DNA of 64,000 nucleotides from Sedimentisphaerales bacterium (lineage in GTDB: Bacteria > Planctomycetota > Phycisphaerae > Sedimentisphaerales > SM23-30), in the NCBI GenBank assembly GCA_963666285.1, contig OY762711.1; one strand, written 5' to 3'. The notes under the pieces were generated by a model. The model was not told the origin of the DNA. It worked only from the letters and a program-made list of their open reading frames with translations, and did not search any database. Both the position numbers and the translations under genes were made by a program. Positions 10,667-20,737 of the stretch are shown piece by piece; the stretch's first letter is position 1; each line of letters starts with the position of its first letter.

Positions 10667-12058
10667 TTAACAGTACACATCATGCTTGCCGCTGCGTACC
10701 TGGTCTACAAGTGCCTGGCTGCGATTCTTCTGTTCGGGAACCGTCATTTCAGCTATTGTACTATCGATCAGCTTCTCACCTATTGCTCTTGTTTCAGGCG
10801 ATGCATAATCCATCAGGTATTCCTGGAATGTTGACAATGCATTCGGCTGACAGTGGATCTTTATCTGACCCGGCTTAGCCATATCCATAAAGTCCTGACC
10901 GGTCCTGCCCAGCCTGTAGCAACCGGTACAGAATGATGGGATATAACCCATAGACGCAACATCTCGGACAACCTCATCCAGCTGCCTGTGATCGCCAAGT
11001 GAAAACTGTGAAGAATCCATCTTTTCATCCTCGGCATAGCCGCCCGGATTGGTCCTGCTGCCCGCGGATATCTGTGAAACGCCAAGAGCAAATGATTCAC
11101 GGCGAAGATTCGCTGTCTCGCGGGTACTCATTATTATACCGGTATAAGGCACCGCCAGTCTCAAGATTGCCACCAGTTTTCTAAAATCAAAATCATCGAT
11201 CGGTTTTGGCGGATGAGCCGCCATATCAGAGCCGGTTGCAGGCTCCAGCCTCGGAACACTTATGGTATGCGGACCTACCCCAAACTTCGCTTCCAGGTAA
11301 CGCACATGGGCCATCATGGCAAGCGTTTCAAAACGCCAGTCATACAGGCCATACAATACGCCTATGCCTACATCGTCAATCCCGGCTTCCATCGCCCTGT
11401 CCAGCGCACTTATTCGCCAGTCATAATCGGTCTTTTTACCCGATAAATGTACCTTGGAATATGTATCCCTGTGATATGTCTCCTGGAATATCTGGTATGT
11501 CCCTATTTCAGCCGCCTTCAGCTGCTTAAATTCTTCCAGTGACAGTGGTGCAACATTTACATTCACCCTGCGGATCTCTCCGTTACCGCTCTTGGTCTCG
11601 TATACTGTCTTGATCGAATCCAAAACATATGAGAATCCCTGTTTCGGATACGACTCTCCTGCCACCAGCAATACTCGTTTATGACCCTGCTCTATCAGGA
11701 TCTTTGTCTCCTGGGCTATCTCTTCCTGGGTCAGAGCCCTGCGCTTAACTTCCTTGTTCTTCGCACGAAACGCACAGTACAGGCACTCGTTAGCACAAAG
11801 ATTTGATATATACAGCGGGGCAAAAAATACCATTCTATTGCCGTATATTTCGTCCTTGGCACGCTTGGCAGATTCAAACAATTCATGTACCAGGTCCGGG
11901 TCGCTAATTCCCATCAGCACCGAGATATCATCATCATTAAGGCCCTTTAGCTCGTCAGCCTTACTTAATACCTCTTTTACCTGGGCGGTATCCGCCTTTC
12001 TGCCCTTTTCTATGGAATCAAAGATTGCCTCATCATTAATCTGTGGTATATCTGCCAT
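10667..12058 (-). CDS. hydG: [FeFe]-hydrogenase H-cluster maturase HydG (radical SAM)
   Basis: CxxxCxxC 'CANECLYC', 'YQIFQETYH', 'GPHTISVPR', and the C-terminal CxxC...C 'CTGCYR...HCQPNAL' that distinguishes it from ThiH. Confidence 0.9.
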   Translation of the reverse strand: MADIPQINDEAIFDSIEKGRKADTAQVKEVLSKADELKGLNDDDISVLMGISDPDLVHELFESAKRAKDEIYGNRMVFFAPLYISNLCANECLYCAFRAKNKEVKRRALTQEEIAQETKILIEQGHKRVLLVAGESYPKQGFSYVLDSIKTVYETKSGNGEIRRVNVNVAPLSLEEFKQLKAAEIGTYQIFQETYHRDTYSKVHLSGKKTDYDWRISALDRAMEAGIDDVGIGVLYGLYDWRFETLAMMAHVRYLEAKFGVGPHTISVPRLEPATGSDMAAHPPKPIDDFDFRKLVAILRLAVPYTGIIMSTRETANLRRESFALGVSQISAGSRTNPGGYAEDEKMDSSQFSLGDHRQLDEVVRDVASMGYIPSFCTGCYRLGRTGQDFMDMAKPGQIKIHCQPNALSTFQEYLMDYASPETRAIGEKLIDSTIAEMTVPEQKNRSQALVDQVRSGKHDVYC

Positions 12059-12100
12059 AATATTTCCTCTGACTATTTTACTTGTATTTGAAATCACAAC

Positions 12101-12268
12101 TTAAGGTGCCCTCTGGAAATTGCTTTTGATGCGATAATTTAAGATTCTGGTTGCTGGCAAGGAACATAAAATCGTCCATATTGGTCTACATTCACTGTTT
12201 TATGTGACGCATGTCAGCAGGCAAAAGATAAACTTGTCGCTCAAAATGAATTTTCAAAGTCGCCTTAA
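12101..12268. mobile_element. MITE-like palindromic element, family A copy 2
   Basis: TTAA|GGTGCCCTCTGGAAATT...AATTTTCAAAGTCGCC|TTAA, about 40 bp upstream of the hydG start. Confidence 0.85.
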
Positions 12269-12305
12269 CAAATAAAAAACACTACATCAAGCATAAGTTA
12301 CACCA

Positions 12306-12376
12306 TGCAAAGCTTTTAAACAAAAGTCGCTCCAGCGACACCTTAGCTTATTACTTTTCACGTGTTACTTATTACT
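12306..12376 (-). repeat. REP-like unit, family D
   Basis: Minus strand: GTAATAAGCTAAGGTGTCGCTGGAGCGACTTTTGTTTAAAAGCTTTGC. Confidence 0.7.
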
Positions 12377-12580
12377 TCTTTATACATAAGATGATAGCAC
12401 AATTCCCGCGTAAATGTAAAATAAGAAAATCAAAATTGATAATTAAATATCGGTTACAACTCCAGCTACATCCTTGGTAGGCCCAGCAAACATTCTCGAC
12501 CCTTGCTTTTTAACTGTTTTTCAGTAAGATAATTAGGTGAATTTTCAAATTATTAATCTGCTCAAAAGGATTTTGAAGGT

Positions 12581-13708
12581 ATGAAAAAAAATTTTCTATT
12601 ATTTCTTATACTGATCACATGTTCTTCTGTTCTTGCCGACGGCAAGATGTACTGGCAACTCGAAAAGGTCAACCCGGAGATACCCTATCAGCGAGCCCTG
12701 ATCCTCCATAAAGACAATACCGAAACCCTCTTCCTCCAGAGCAAATATTCCCTGCCGGAAACTGCTGATGAGGCCCCCAAACAGATCGGCTGGGTTGTAC
12801 CCCTGCCGGCTGTACCGGAACTCGCTACCATGGATGCTGACGATGCTCATAACATTTTTATCTTTTTAAGCTTAGGAACGCAACCTAATCTAACAAAAAT
12901 TCGTATATTTCTATGGCTTGGTTTTCTTATATTGTATCTAGTCATAACAATAACCATTATGTTCAAACAACAAAAGAAGCAAAAGAATACTAAACCTGCA
13001 ACACCCCCATCCATTGTACGCCTTATCTTTTATCTTTTGGTTATATTGTTTATAACATCATTGCTAATGCCGACTCTAGGTACCGCTGGCCATTCAGGTA
13101 TCGATATAATAAAAGCCGAAAGCTTAGGTATCTATGATGTGAAGGTTGTCAAATCAAACAATTCTGACAGTCTTATTAAATGGCTCAATGATAGCGATTT
13201 TCAATTTAGCCAGAAAGATAAATTAATATTCGACGACTATATCAATAAGGGCTGGTGCTTTGTTACTGCAACTATAAACCCAACCCATAAAGACAAAAAG
13301 GAACACCAAATAGTTTCTGAAGGTCTTGCTGCCCCGCTTATCCTTCGTTTTGAAAGTGAAAAGCCTATCTACCCCATGGCACTCACCGGTACTGGTGGAT
13401 TCGACACAGAAGTCCTGATATACCTCGCAACAGATCAGAAAATGACTTGTGGCTCACAAATCACTTTACGTCATGCCAGAGAATATAATTTAGCTAATGG
13501 ACAATTTAGATGGCTCTATACAGAACCAAATAATAAAAACATAAAAATGCCCGTCCAACCCAAGGATTTCTTTACAAAAGATGATTTCGACCTATCCTAC
13601 CTCTGCAAATTCAAGGCTACTCTAACCCCAGACCAGATGAAAGAAGACATCATCTTCACTCCCGCACCTGACAACGAACCATACCGTGAACACATCGTCG
13701 AATGGTAA
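12581..13708 (+). CDS. DUF2330-like protein with internal TM pair
   Basis: Signal peptide, 'QRALI', 'GWVVPLPAVP', 'GIYDV...LIKWL...DDYI..GWCF...PL.LRF..EKPIYPMALT'. Confidence 0.7.
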   Translation: MKKNFLLFLILITCSSVLADGKMYWQLEKVNPEIPYQRALILHKDNTETLFLQSKYSLPETADEAPKQIGWVVPLPAVPELATMDADDAHNIFIFLSLGTQPNLTKIRIFLWLGFLILYLVITITIMFKQQKKQKNTKPATPPSIVRLIFYLLVILFITSLLMPTLGTAGHSGIDIIKAESLGIYDVKVVKSNNSDSLIKWLNDSDFQFSQKDKLIFDDYINKGWCFVTATINPTHKDKKEHQIVSEGLAAPLILRFESEKPIYPMALTGTGGFDTEVLIYLATDQKMTCGSQITLRHAREYNLANGQFRWLYTEPNNKNIKMPVQPKDFFTKDDFDLSYLCKFKATLTPDQMKEDIIFTPAPDNEPYREHIVEW

Positions 13709-13772
13709 AGAGGGTAACGCAAACCAGAATGATTTACTCATTATGACAAACACGATATCAGAGCAGCACCCC

Positions 13773-13830
13773 GCGTCAGCTTTAAATTAGTCGTCCGCAA
13801 ATGCGGACACCTCAACTCTTAGTTCTTACT
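13773..13830 (-). repeat. REP-like unit, family D
   Basis: Minus strand: TAAGAAC TAAGAGT TGAGGTGTCCGCATTTGCGGACGACTAATTTAAAGCTGACGC. Confidence 0.65.
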
Positions 13831-14805
13831 TTATCTCTCGTATTTATCCGGCTCTTTGATACGGATAAACTCTATCCGCTGATATGGAATATTATCTGAT
13901 TCCCTGTCAACCTTACCAAGCCCCAGCGATTCACTGCCATTATCATTAAGCTCTATCAGCATAGACGCCCTGATCTGCAGGTCTGCCAGCTGCTTTTCCA
14001 TCCGGCTCAGCCACGCACGAGGGTAATCACCTACCAGCACCGACTCCAGTGTAACCCGACTGGTAAAATCAAAATTCTTATTAATCCTCGCTATCGTTCC
14101 CAACACCCGCTTAATCTGGACCGCAACCTCCGGTGCCGTTTTATACACGCCGCTTTCGGTTTTAGTCAATTCCACCGACCGCAAAACTTCCAGCATAAAA
14201 GTAGGCGATTCGTTCAATTTTCGCCATTTGAATATCAGGTCACTGCACTTCTCCAGGTAATTACGGCTTTCTAGAATATCTCCGATTTGTACATTCTTTA
14301 TACCATCAAAAGCCAGATCCTTACCTTCATTGAAACCGGCATTACTATCTGATTCAGCTTTCAACTGCGGCTGTTCCCCGAAATCAGACTCAGACTCCTC
14401 TTCAGAGTCAGACTTCTTCTCTTTCCGCAGCTCGGCATCTTCGGCACGTATTATCTTTTTAAGCTCGGAAATTTCAATCAGGATATCACTTTGAAACTCT
14501 ATCCTGTGAGTATCTACTGAATCTTCAGTATAAATCGCTCCATCAACTTTTACCGAACCTTTTCGCTCAAAGTTCTTTCCACCCGGAAAATAAGGATATT
14601 CTATCAGCTTAAACAGTTCAGCTTTTATCTGCGGATGATACGCCAGATTCCAATACTCATTTTTGTTTACTTCCAACTTCATAGCCGGTTCAGAGACAGT
14701 TCCCTGTTCCTCGTCGGCTGCTTCATTATCTTGTTGAGCATACACAGCCCCAAATGCAGTAAACGCAATTAGAACCAATATTACATACAATATTCTTCTT
14801 GTCAT
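13831..14805 (-). CDS. Hypothetical exported protein
   Basis: 324-aa ORF with a signal peptide and an acidic linker. No family recognised. Confidence 0.7.
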   Translation of the reverse strand: MTRRILYVILVLIAFTAFGAVYAQQDNEAADEEQGTVSEPAMKLEVNKNEYWNLAYHPQIKAELFKLIEYPYFPGGKNFERKGSVKVDGAIYTEDSVDTHRIEFQSDILIEISELKKIIRAEDAELRKEKKSDSEEESESDFGEQPQLKAESDSNAGFNEGKDLAFDGIKNVQIGDILESRNYLEKCSDLIFKWRKLNESPTFMLEVLRSVELTKTESGVYKTAPEVAVQIKRVLGTIARINKNFDFTSRVTLESVLVGDYPRAWLSRMEKQLADLQIRASMLIELNDNGSESLGLGKVDRESDNIPYQRIEFIRIKEPDKYER

Positions 14806-14826
14806 AACTCACCTGCAATTGAGAGT

Positions 14827-15351
14827 TTATTCCGATTTAACTTCGCCGGTTTTATCTTTTATCATTGTAAGAATACGATTCTCTCTACTCCTGTCACGCC
14901 CAAAATTCATCCAGATAACCTTACGTGATGCCGGCAGATTCTCTCCCGACTCCATTGGAGTTGCCAGGGAATGACTGTTACCTTTAAAATCTGAACTGTA
15001 ATAGCTTTCCCGGTAAGAGCCGGGCTGAACAACATGACGACTTACCTGGACAAACACTTCGCTATATGTGTCATAGGGTATAAACGTTAGATAACATACC
15101 GCCTTGCCGGTCCTGCCGGATCTGTCATCGACAAATTTCGCCGGGGTTGAAACATACGAATTTGGTATTTTACCTTCCCTTACCTGGCCAAACTCAACTT
15201 TTATTACCTGTTTACATACCTTGGCCAGCTGAGTTTCGTCTGTGGTGTTGACCACCAGTCTCTGGTAGTCATGAACCAGCTGCTCGCGATAAGTATCACC
15301 GCAGCCGGCAGCCAGGAAAACAAGCAGCAATATCAATATATGCCTTAGCAT
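14827..15351 (-). CDS. Hypothetical lipoprotein
   Basis: MLRHILILLLVFLAAGC lipobox. RBS AGGTGAGG. Confidence 0.7.
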   Translation of the reverse strand: MLRHILILLLVFLAAGCGDTYREQLVHDYQRLVVNTTDETQLAKVCKQVIKVEFGQVREGKIPNSYVSTPAKFVDDRSGRTGKAVCYLTFIPYDTYSEVFVQVSRHVVQPGSYRESYYSSDFKGNSHSLATPMESGENLPASRKVIWMNFGRDRSRENRILTMIKDKTGEVKSE

Positions 15352-15656
15352 AACCTCACCTTTCATAATCTTATCTTAATGAAAACGGTATGAAAGTTAG
15401 TCATAACCGCTGACAACTGAAACCTCAAACACAAAATTTAGTCTTCACATATCAGTAGCTTACCTATATTTACAATTCTATTATAGACTCTCACTGCAAA
15501 AGATACAATATCAATATCTTGCCGACCATATAATTGACGGTTGCCTGACTGACCCGGCTTTCAAACTTACCTCCCAACTTGAAACATCAATGCAATACCG
15601 GGATATCCTTATCATCCGCCCCGAACATGCCGGCAGTCGATTATAGTTTTTAAAAT

Positions 15657-15688
15657 AAAAAAACCCTGACGAATATTCGACAGGGTTT
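15657..15688 (-). terminator. Terminator of rplM-rpsI
   Basis: Minus strand: AAACCCTGTCGAATATTCGTCAGGGTTTTTTT. Confidence 0.85.
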
Positions 15689-15712
15689 GAATTTGTTCCA
15701 TACAATATACGA

Positions 15713-16249
15713 TTAACGTTTTGAGAACTGGAAGCTCTTTCTTGCTTTCTTGTAACCGTATTTTTTACGTTCAACTTCACGGCTGTCACGAGTCAGGTAT
15801 CCCTTTTCACGTAGCACTTCGAAAGTTGATGGATCGGCTGCTACCAATGCCCTGGCTACACCCAGCAGGCAAGCTCCGGCCTGACCGGTTGTTCCGCCGC
15901 CCTGTACATTGATAAAGATATCATATCTCTTTTCGTTGCCTGTCGCTGTCAGAGGTGCTAGTACATCTCTCTGATCACGAACATTGCAGAAAAATTCCTT
16001 TAGCTCTTTTTTCTTGTTAATCAATACTTTGCCTTCGCCAAGTTTGATTCTTACACGAGCAATTGAAGACTTACGACGGCCGGTGCCCCAATTGTGCTGG
16101 CTCGGCGATAAACGTTCTGCCGTTGGCTGACGCAATCTCCTGGGCACTACTCCACTGTCTAATGCTTTATCTCCAGCAATTACTGATGCGGCACTTGTTG
16201 GTGCTGCTTTTACTACTCCAGGATCAATCATTGGGGTTTCTTCCGACAC
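15713..16249 (-). CDS. rpsI: 30S ribosomal protein S9 with N-terminal extension
   Basis: 'GTGRRKSSIARV', 'GGGTTGQAGA', 'LTRDSREVERKKYG..KARKSFQFSKR'. Confidence 0.97.
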   Translation of the reverse strand: MSEETPMIDPGVVKAAPTSAASVIAGDKALDSGVVPRRLRQPTAERLSPSQHNWGTGRRKSSIARVRIKLGEGKVLINKKKELKEFFCNVRDQRDVLAPLTATGNEKRYDIFINVQGGGTTGQAGACLLGVARALVAADPSTFEVLREKGYLTRDSREVERKKYGYKKARKSFQFSKR

Positions 16250-16288
16250 GATTTTACCTCTTTATATTCTTTCGTTTATCGTTCTCTA

Positions 16289-16732
16289 TTATAGTTCTAG
16301 TTCGCGAGGAGTCTGAGCTGAATGAGGATGCTCAGAACCGCGATATACCTTTAATTTTGTCAACATCTTTACGCCTAGCTTATTCTTCGGCAGCATACGA
16401 CGTACCGCTTCTTTGATTACCCACTCTGGCTTCTTGTCCATCGCTTCTTCAAAAGAAACATATTTATGACCACCTGAATAATTTGTGTAGTAGTCATACA
16501 TCTTCGTTTCTGCCTTACGACCACTGGTAGATATCTTTTCAGCATTGGTAACTATTATAAAGTCACCTGTATCTACAAATGGGGTATAGATTGGTTTGTG
16601 CTTGCCCATTAGCATTGTTGCTACCGAGGCAGCCAAACGACCTAAAATCTTGTCGCTGGCATCTACTACAAACCAGTCTTGTTCTACTGTTTCATTTTTT
16701 GCCAGTGTTGTCTTTTGTAATCTAGCCTGCAT
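16289..16732 (-). CDS. rplM: 50S ribosomal protein L13
   Basis: 'WFVVDA...LGRLA...GKHKPIYTPFVDTGD...MLPKN...HPHSAQ'. Confidence 0.98.
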   Translation of the reverse strand: MQARLQKTTLAKNETVEQDWFVVDASDKILGRLAASVATMLMGKHKPIYTPFVDTGDFIIVTNAEKISTSGRKAETKMYDYYTNYSGGHKYVSFEEAMDKKPEWVIKEAVRRMLPKNKLGVKMLTKLKVYRGSEHPHSAQTPRELEL

Positions 16733-16830
16733 CTTTTACACTTTCTCTGCGTTATAACTTGATAACTATTAAACAATTATAACAATTTACACTTACTACT
16801 TGCTCTTTACAGGCAAGTAGAGAATAGAAC

Positions 16831-16858
16831 ATTATAGCCGCAACTGTATATATGTCAA
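16831..16858 (-). promoter_or_regulatory. Sigma-70 promoter of rplM-rpsI
   Basis: Minus strand TTGACA-N16-TATAAT. Confidence 0.7.
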
Positions 16859-16986
16859 GGGTTTTTGTGACACTTTTTCTCTTTTCATTACAAAATTTTA
16901 ATAGACAATAATCATCATATTACAATATAATGTTGCATTGTCCATAATTAATGAGACTAGCAGGTATTTATACAGGAGAACAAAAC

Positions 16987-18531
16987 TTGCGTGAAACCAT
17001 AGCTATTTTAGATTTCGGTAGTCAATACGTTCAGCTTATCGCCCGTAGAGTGCGTGAACATAACGTTTTTAGCAGAATTTTTAGACACGACATTGAAATT
17101 GAAAGACTTAAACAGGAAAACCTAAAAGGTATTATCCTAACTGGCGGACCTGCAAGTGTTTACGAAAAAGATTCGCCCAAATGCGACCCGCGAATTTTCG
17201 AACTGGGAGTGCCTGTTTTAGGCATATGTTACGGCATGCAGATCGGCTCCAGCATACTTGGAGCAAACATTTCCACCGCTGAAAGCAGGGAATACGGCTC
17301 TACCAAACTGCATATCAAATCTGACAGCTCCAGCAGGCTGCTGAAAGGACTCTCTGGCGAAAAAATCGTCTGGATGAGCCATGGCGACCAGGTTAACACT
17401 CTGCCGGAAGAATTTATCTCTCTGGCCAATACCGACACCTGCCCTTATGCTGCTGTCAGACATAAATCTGCCGACTTTTTCGGCGTCCAGTTCCACCCGG
17501 AAGTTACCCATACTCCATGCGGCGAACAGATTTTCGATAATTTCCTCTACGAAATCTGTAAATGCAGCGGCAGCTGGAAAATGGGCGATATTATTGACCA
17601 GAGTTGCGAAGCTGTTCGCAAACAGGTTGGAAACTCTACCGTCATCTGCGGATTAAGCGGCGGAGTGGATTCTTCTGTCGTTGCCGCACTGCTGCACAAA
17701 GCTATCGGTGACCAGTTAGTATGTATTTTTGTAGATAACGGCCTTCTTAGAAAGGGAGAGCGAGAATATGTCAAATCAACTTTTATCGATCACTTTCAGC
17801 TTGACTTGCGCGTGGTGGATTGGTCCGAACGCTTTCTCGGCAGGCTGGCCGGGGTTACTGATCCTCAACAGAAAAGAATTATCATCGGACATGAATTTAT
17901 CGAGGCTTTTGCCAATGAGGCTAATAGTATCACCGATGCCAGGTTCCTCGCACAAGGTACCCTATATCCCGACGTCATCGAAAGTGGAAGCAAAGACGGA
18001 AATCCGGCAGCCAATATTAAGCTCCACCACAATGTCGGCGGACTACCTGAAAAACTTGGCTTTGAACTAGTTGAACCTCTACGCGACCTGTTCAAAGATG
18101 AAGTCAGGCTCATGGGTGAAATGCTCGGACTGCCGGAAAAAATCGTATGGCGACATCCATTCCCCGGCCCCGGACTCGCTGTCAGAATTGTTGGTGAAAT
18201 CACCAAAGACAGACTCGACATCCTGCGTGAAGCCGACGAAATTTTTATCGAAGAGATTACCGCTGCCGGTCTATACCGCCAGATCAGCCAGGCGCTCGCC
18301 GTACTGCTGCCTATCAAATCTGTCGGCGTTATGGGTGACGGCAGAAGCTATGAAAACGTTTGTGCCATCCGTGCCGTTGAGACCAAGGACTTTATGACCG
18401 CTACCTGGTCGCATATTCCATACGATGTCCTTGAGCGGATTTCCAGCAGAGTCATCAACGAAGTTCGCGGCATTAACCGTGTGGTTTACGACATATCAAG
18501 TAAACCGCCGGCCACTATCGAATGGGAATAA
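16987..18531 (+). CDS. guaA: GMP synthase (glutamine-hydrolysing)
   Basis: 'LDFGSQY', 'GICYGMQ', 'QFHPEV', 'SGGVDS', 'RHPFPGPGL', 'KPPATIEWE'. Likely TTG start after AGGAGA. Confidence 0.97.
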   Translation: MRETIAILDFGSQYVQLIARRVREHNVFSRIFRHDIEIERLKQENLKGIILTGGPASVYEKDSPKCDPRIFELGVPVLGICYGMQIGSSILGANISTAESREYGSTKLHIKSDSSSRLLKGLSGEKIVWMSHGDQVNTLPEEFISLANTDTCPYAAVRHKSADFFGVQFHPEVTHTPCGEQIFDNFLYEICKCSGSWKMGDIIDQSCEAVRKQVGNSTVICGLSGGVDSSVVAALLHKAIGDQLVCIFVDNGLLRKGEREYVKSTFIDHFQLDLRVVDWSERFLGRLAGVTDPQQKRIIIGHEFIEAFANEANSITDARFLAQGTLYPDVIESGSKDGNPAANIKLHHNVGGLPEKLGFELVEPLRDLFKDEVRLMGEMLGLPEKIVWRHPFPGPGLAVRIVGEITKDRLDILREADEIFIEEITAAGLYRQISQALAVLLPIKSVGVMGDGRSYENVCAIRAVETKDFMTATWSHIPYDVLERISSRVINEVRGINRVVYDISSKPPATIEWE

Positions 18532-18590
18532 ACCTTGATACGCTGAAAAAGATTTTAAATAATGGATAAGTTAAGAGAAAATAGGATAAT

Positions 18591-18680
18591 GCGTCAGCTC
18601 TAAAATAAGGTTGCGTTGCAACACCGCGACTCTTCACCCGCTTGCGACATGCGAAGCATACTTAGTTCCTCACTCTTCAC
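18591..18680 (-). repeat. REP-like unit, family D, with ATGCTTCGCAT hairpin
   Basis: Minus strand: GTGAAGA GTGAGGA ACTAAGT ATGCTTCGCAT...GCGGTGTTGCAACGCAACCTTATTTTAGAGCTGACGC. Confidence 0.55.
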
Positions 18681-18707
18681 TTTTTTAAGTTATTGGTTTT
18701 TCTTATA

Positions 18708-20591
18708 ATGAATAATAACATTGAAAAATCTAACCTTACCACTCAGCCAGGCGAAAGTGCCGACGGTTCATGGGATATAAACGCATCTGTCGGCATAGTC
18801 GAAACTAAAAATGTACAAATTTGCGACATAGACCACCCGCTCACCCTGGAATGTGGTAAAAAGCTGGCTCCTGTTAACGTCGCATACGAAACCTACGGCA
18901 CACTCAGCGATAAAAAAGACAACGCGATTCTTATTATCCACGCCCTTACCGGCGATGCTCACGTTGCCGGCAAACACAGCGAAGCCGACCGCAAACCCGG
19001 CTGGTGGGAATCGATGGTCGGCCCCGGCAAGGCATTTGATACCGATAAATATTACATAATATGCTCAAACTGTCTCGGCGGCTGCTCCGGCACCACCGGC
19101 CCCGGCAGTATCAACCCGGAAACCGGCAAACCTTACGGATTAGAATTCCCCATGATCACTATCAGTGACATGGTAGATGTCCAGCAGAAACTAGTCGAAT
19201 ATCTAGGCGTAGATAAGCTGCTTGCCGTTGCCGGAGGTAGTATGGGCGGCATGCAATGTCTCGATTGGGCCGTTCGCTACCCGGACAAAGTCGGCGGCAT
19301 GATCTTCATCGCATCTTCCGGACGACTTACCGCCCAGGGCATCGCTTTCAACGCCGTTGCCCGCAACGCGATTACCCAGGACAAAGACTTTCAGAACGGT
19401 CAATATTACGACAACGCCAACCCGTCCAACGGACTGGCTATCGCGCGGATGATCGCTCATATCACTTACCTTTCCGAAGAGGCTATGCACCTTAAATTCG
19501 GTCGCAGACTGCAAAATGCCGAAGACTATCAGTATATCTTCGAAAAGGAATTCCAGGTCGAAAGCTATCTCGACTACCAGGGCAACTCGTTCGTTGAACG
19601 TTTCGACGCCAACAGCTACCTGTACATCACCAAGGCCCTGGACTACTACGACCTCGTTCGCAGCTTCGACAGCGTTCAGGATTCTCTCGCCAGGACGGCC
19701 TGCCGTTCTCTGGTCGTCAGCTTCAGTTCAGACTGGCTCTTCCCGCCTGAACAAGGCAAACAGATTGTCGAAGGACTTATCAGCAGCGGCAAAGATGTCA
19801 GCTATGCCAATATCGAAAGTCCTTACGGACATGATTCGTTCCTGCTCGAAACCGAGATACAAACCAACCTTATCGGCGGATTCCTCAAGGAAACTTATTG
19901 CGAGCTTACCGATTGCCCCTGCTCACCTGAAGCCGAACATTGCGAAAAACGAAACTACGCTGCCAAACTGAATAAATCAAAAAGCATTTTCAACGGCAGA
20001 CGTGTCGACCACGCTCGGATCGCAACCCTTATCAAACCTGACTGTAAAGTACTGGACCTCGGCTGCGGTAACGGTGAACTGCTGAACATGCTCGAACACG
20101 ACAAAAACGCGTCCGGTTTCGGACTAACACTAAATATTGCCGACATCCAGCAGTGTGCCCTAAAGGGAATTTCCGTCATCCAGTATGACATACTCGACAG
20201 CCTCAGCCTGTTCGCCAACAAGAGCTTCGACTACGTCGTACTCAGCCAGGCACTCCAGGTTATCACAGACCCAGTTTTCGCTCTGCAGGAAATGCTGCGG
20301 ATCGGTAAAAAGATCATCGTCAGCTTCCCAAACTTCGCTTACTGGCGTAGTAGAGCACAGCTAATGTTCAAAGGTCGCGCACCGGTCTGCCGATCATTAC
20401 CCCGCCAGTGGTTCGAAAGCCCGGAAGACAGTATCACATACCTGTCTGTCAAAGACTTCGAAATCTTCGCACGCGATGTACTTCATGCTAAAATCGAAAT
20501 GGAGTTCCCAATTTCTTCCCGGTTCGGCAAGGTCATACCGTGGTTCAGCAACATCCTCGCCGACGAAGCAATCTTCGTTCTCAGCAAGTAA
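18708..20591 (+). CDS. metX: Homoserine O-acyltransferase MetX fused to MetW
   Basis: 'HALTGD', 'GGSMGGMQ', 'SSDWLFP', 'YGHDSFL', followed by MetW 'VLDLGCGNG...FDYVVLSQALQ...IVSFPNFAYWRSR'. Confidence 0.92.
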   Translation: MNNNIEKSNLTTQPGESADGSWDINASVGIVETKNVQICDIDHPLTLECGKKLAPVNVAYETYGTLSDKKDNAILIIHALTGDAHVAGKHSEADRKPGWWESMVGPGKAFDTDKYYIICSNCLGGCSGTTGPGSINPETGKPYGLEFPMITISDMVDVQQKLVEYLGVDKLLAVAGGSMGGMQCLDWAVRYPDKVGGMIFIASSGRLTAQGIAFNAVARNAITQDKDFQNGQYYDNANPSNGLAIARMIAHITYLSEEAMHLKFGRRLQNAEDYQYIFEKEFQVESYLDYQGNSFVERFDANSYLYITKALDYYDLVRSFDSVQDSLARTACRSLVVSFSSDWLFPPEQGKQIVEGLISSGKDVSYANIESPYGHDSFLLETEIQTNLIGGFLKETYCELTDCPCSPEAEHCEKRNYAAKLNKSKSIFNGRRVDHARIATLIKPDCKVLDLGCGNGELLNMLEHDKNASGFGLTLNIADIQQCALKGISVIQYDILDSLSLFANKSFDYVVLSQALQVITDPVFALQEMLRIGKKIIVSFPNFAYWRSRAQLMFKGRAPVCRSLPRQWFESPEDSITYLSVKDFEIFARDVLHAKIEMEFPISSRFGKVIPWFSNILADEAIFVLSK

Positions 20592-20737
20592 CCGACACTG
20601 ACCGTAATAATAAAATACAATCTCAGAATTCACATTCATTTCTAAAAATAGTAAGTCAGCCATCCTTAAACTAACAACTAAAATCCTGGCAAAATTAAAC
20701 TGATACTTCACCTAATATTCAATCTATGAGCAATAAA

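Noticed and set aside
5897..12376. Iron-responsive leader shared by bfr and hydG
   Set aside because: Related units occur beside unrelated genes and between convergent genes, so a dispersed repeat explains it better.
16090..16249. S9 N-terminal extension as a novelty
   Set aside because: Extended S9 N-termini are common in several bacterial phyla.
18540..18700. SAM riboswitch or T-box upstream of metX
   Set aside because: No SAM-I ATC..GAG core or T-box motif. The hairpins belong to repeat family D on the opposite strand.
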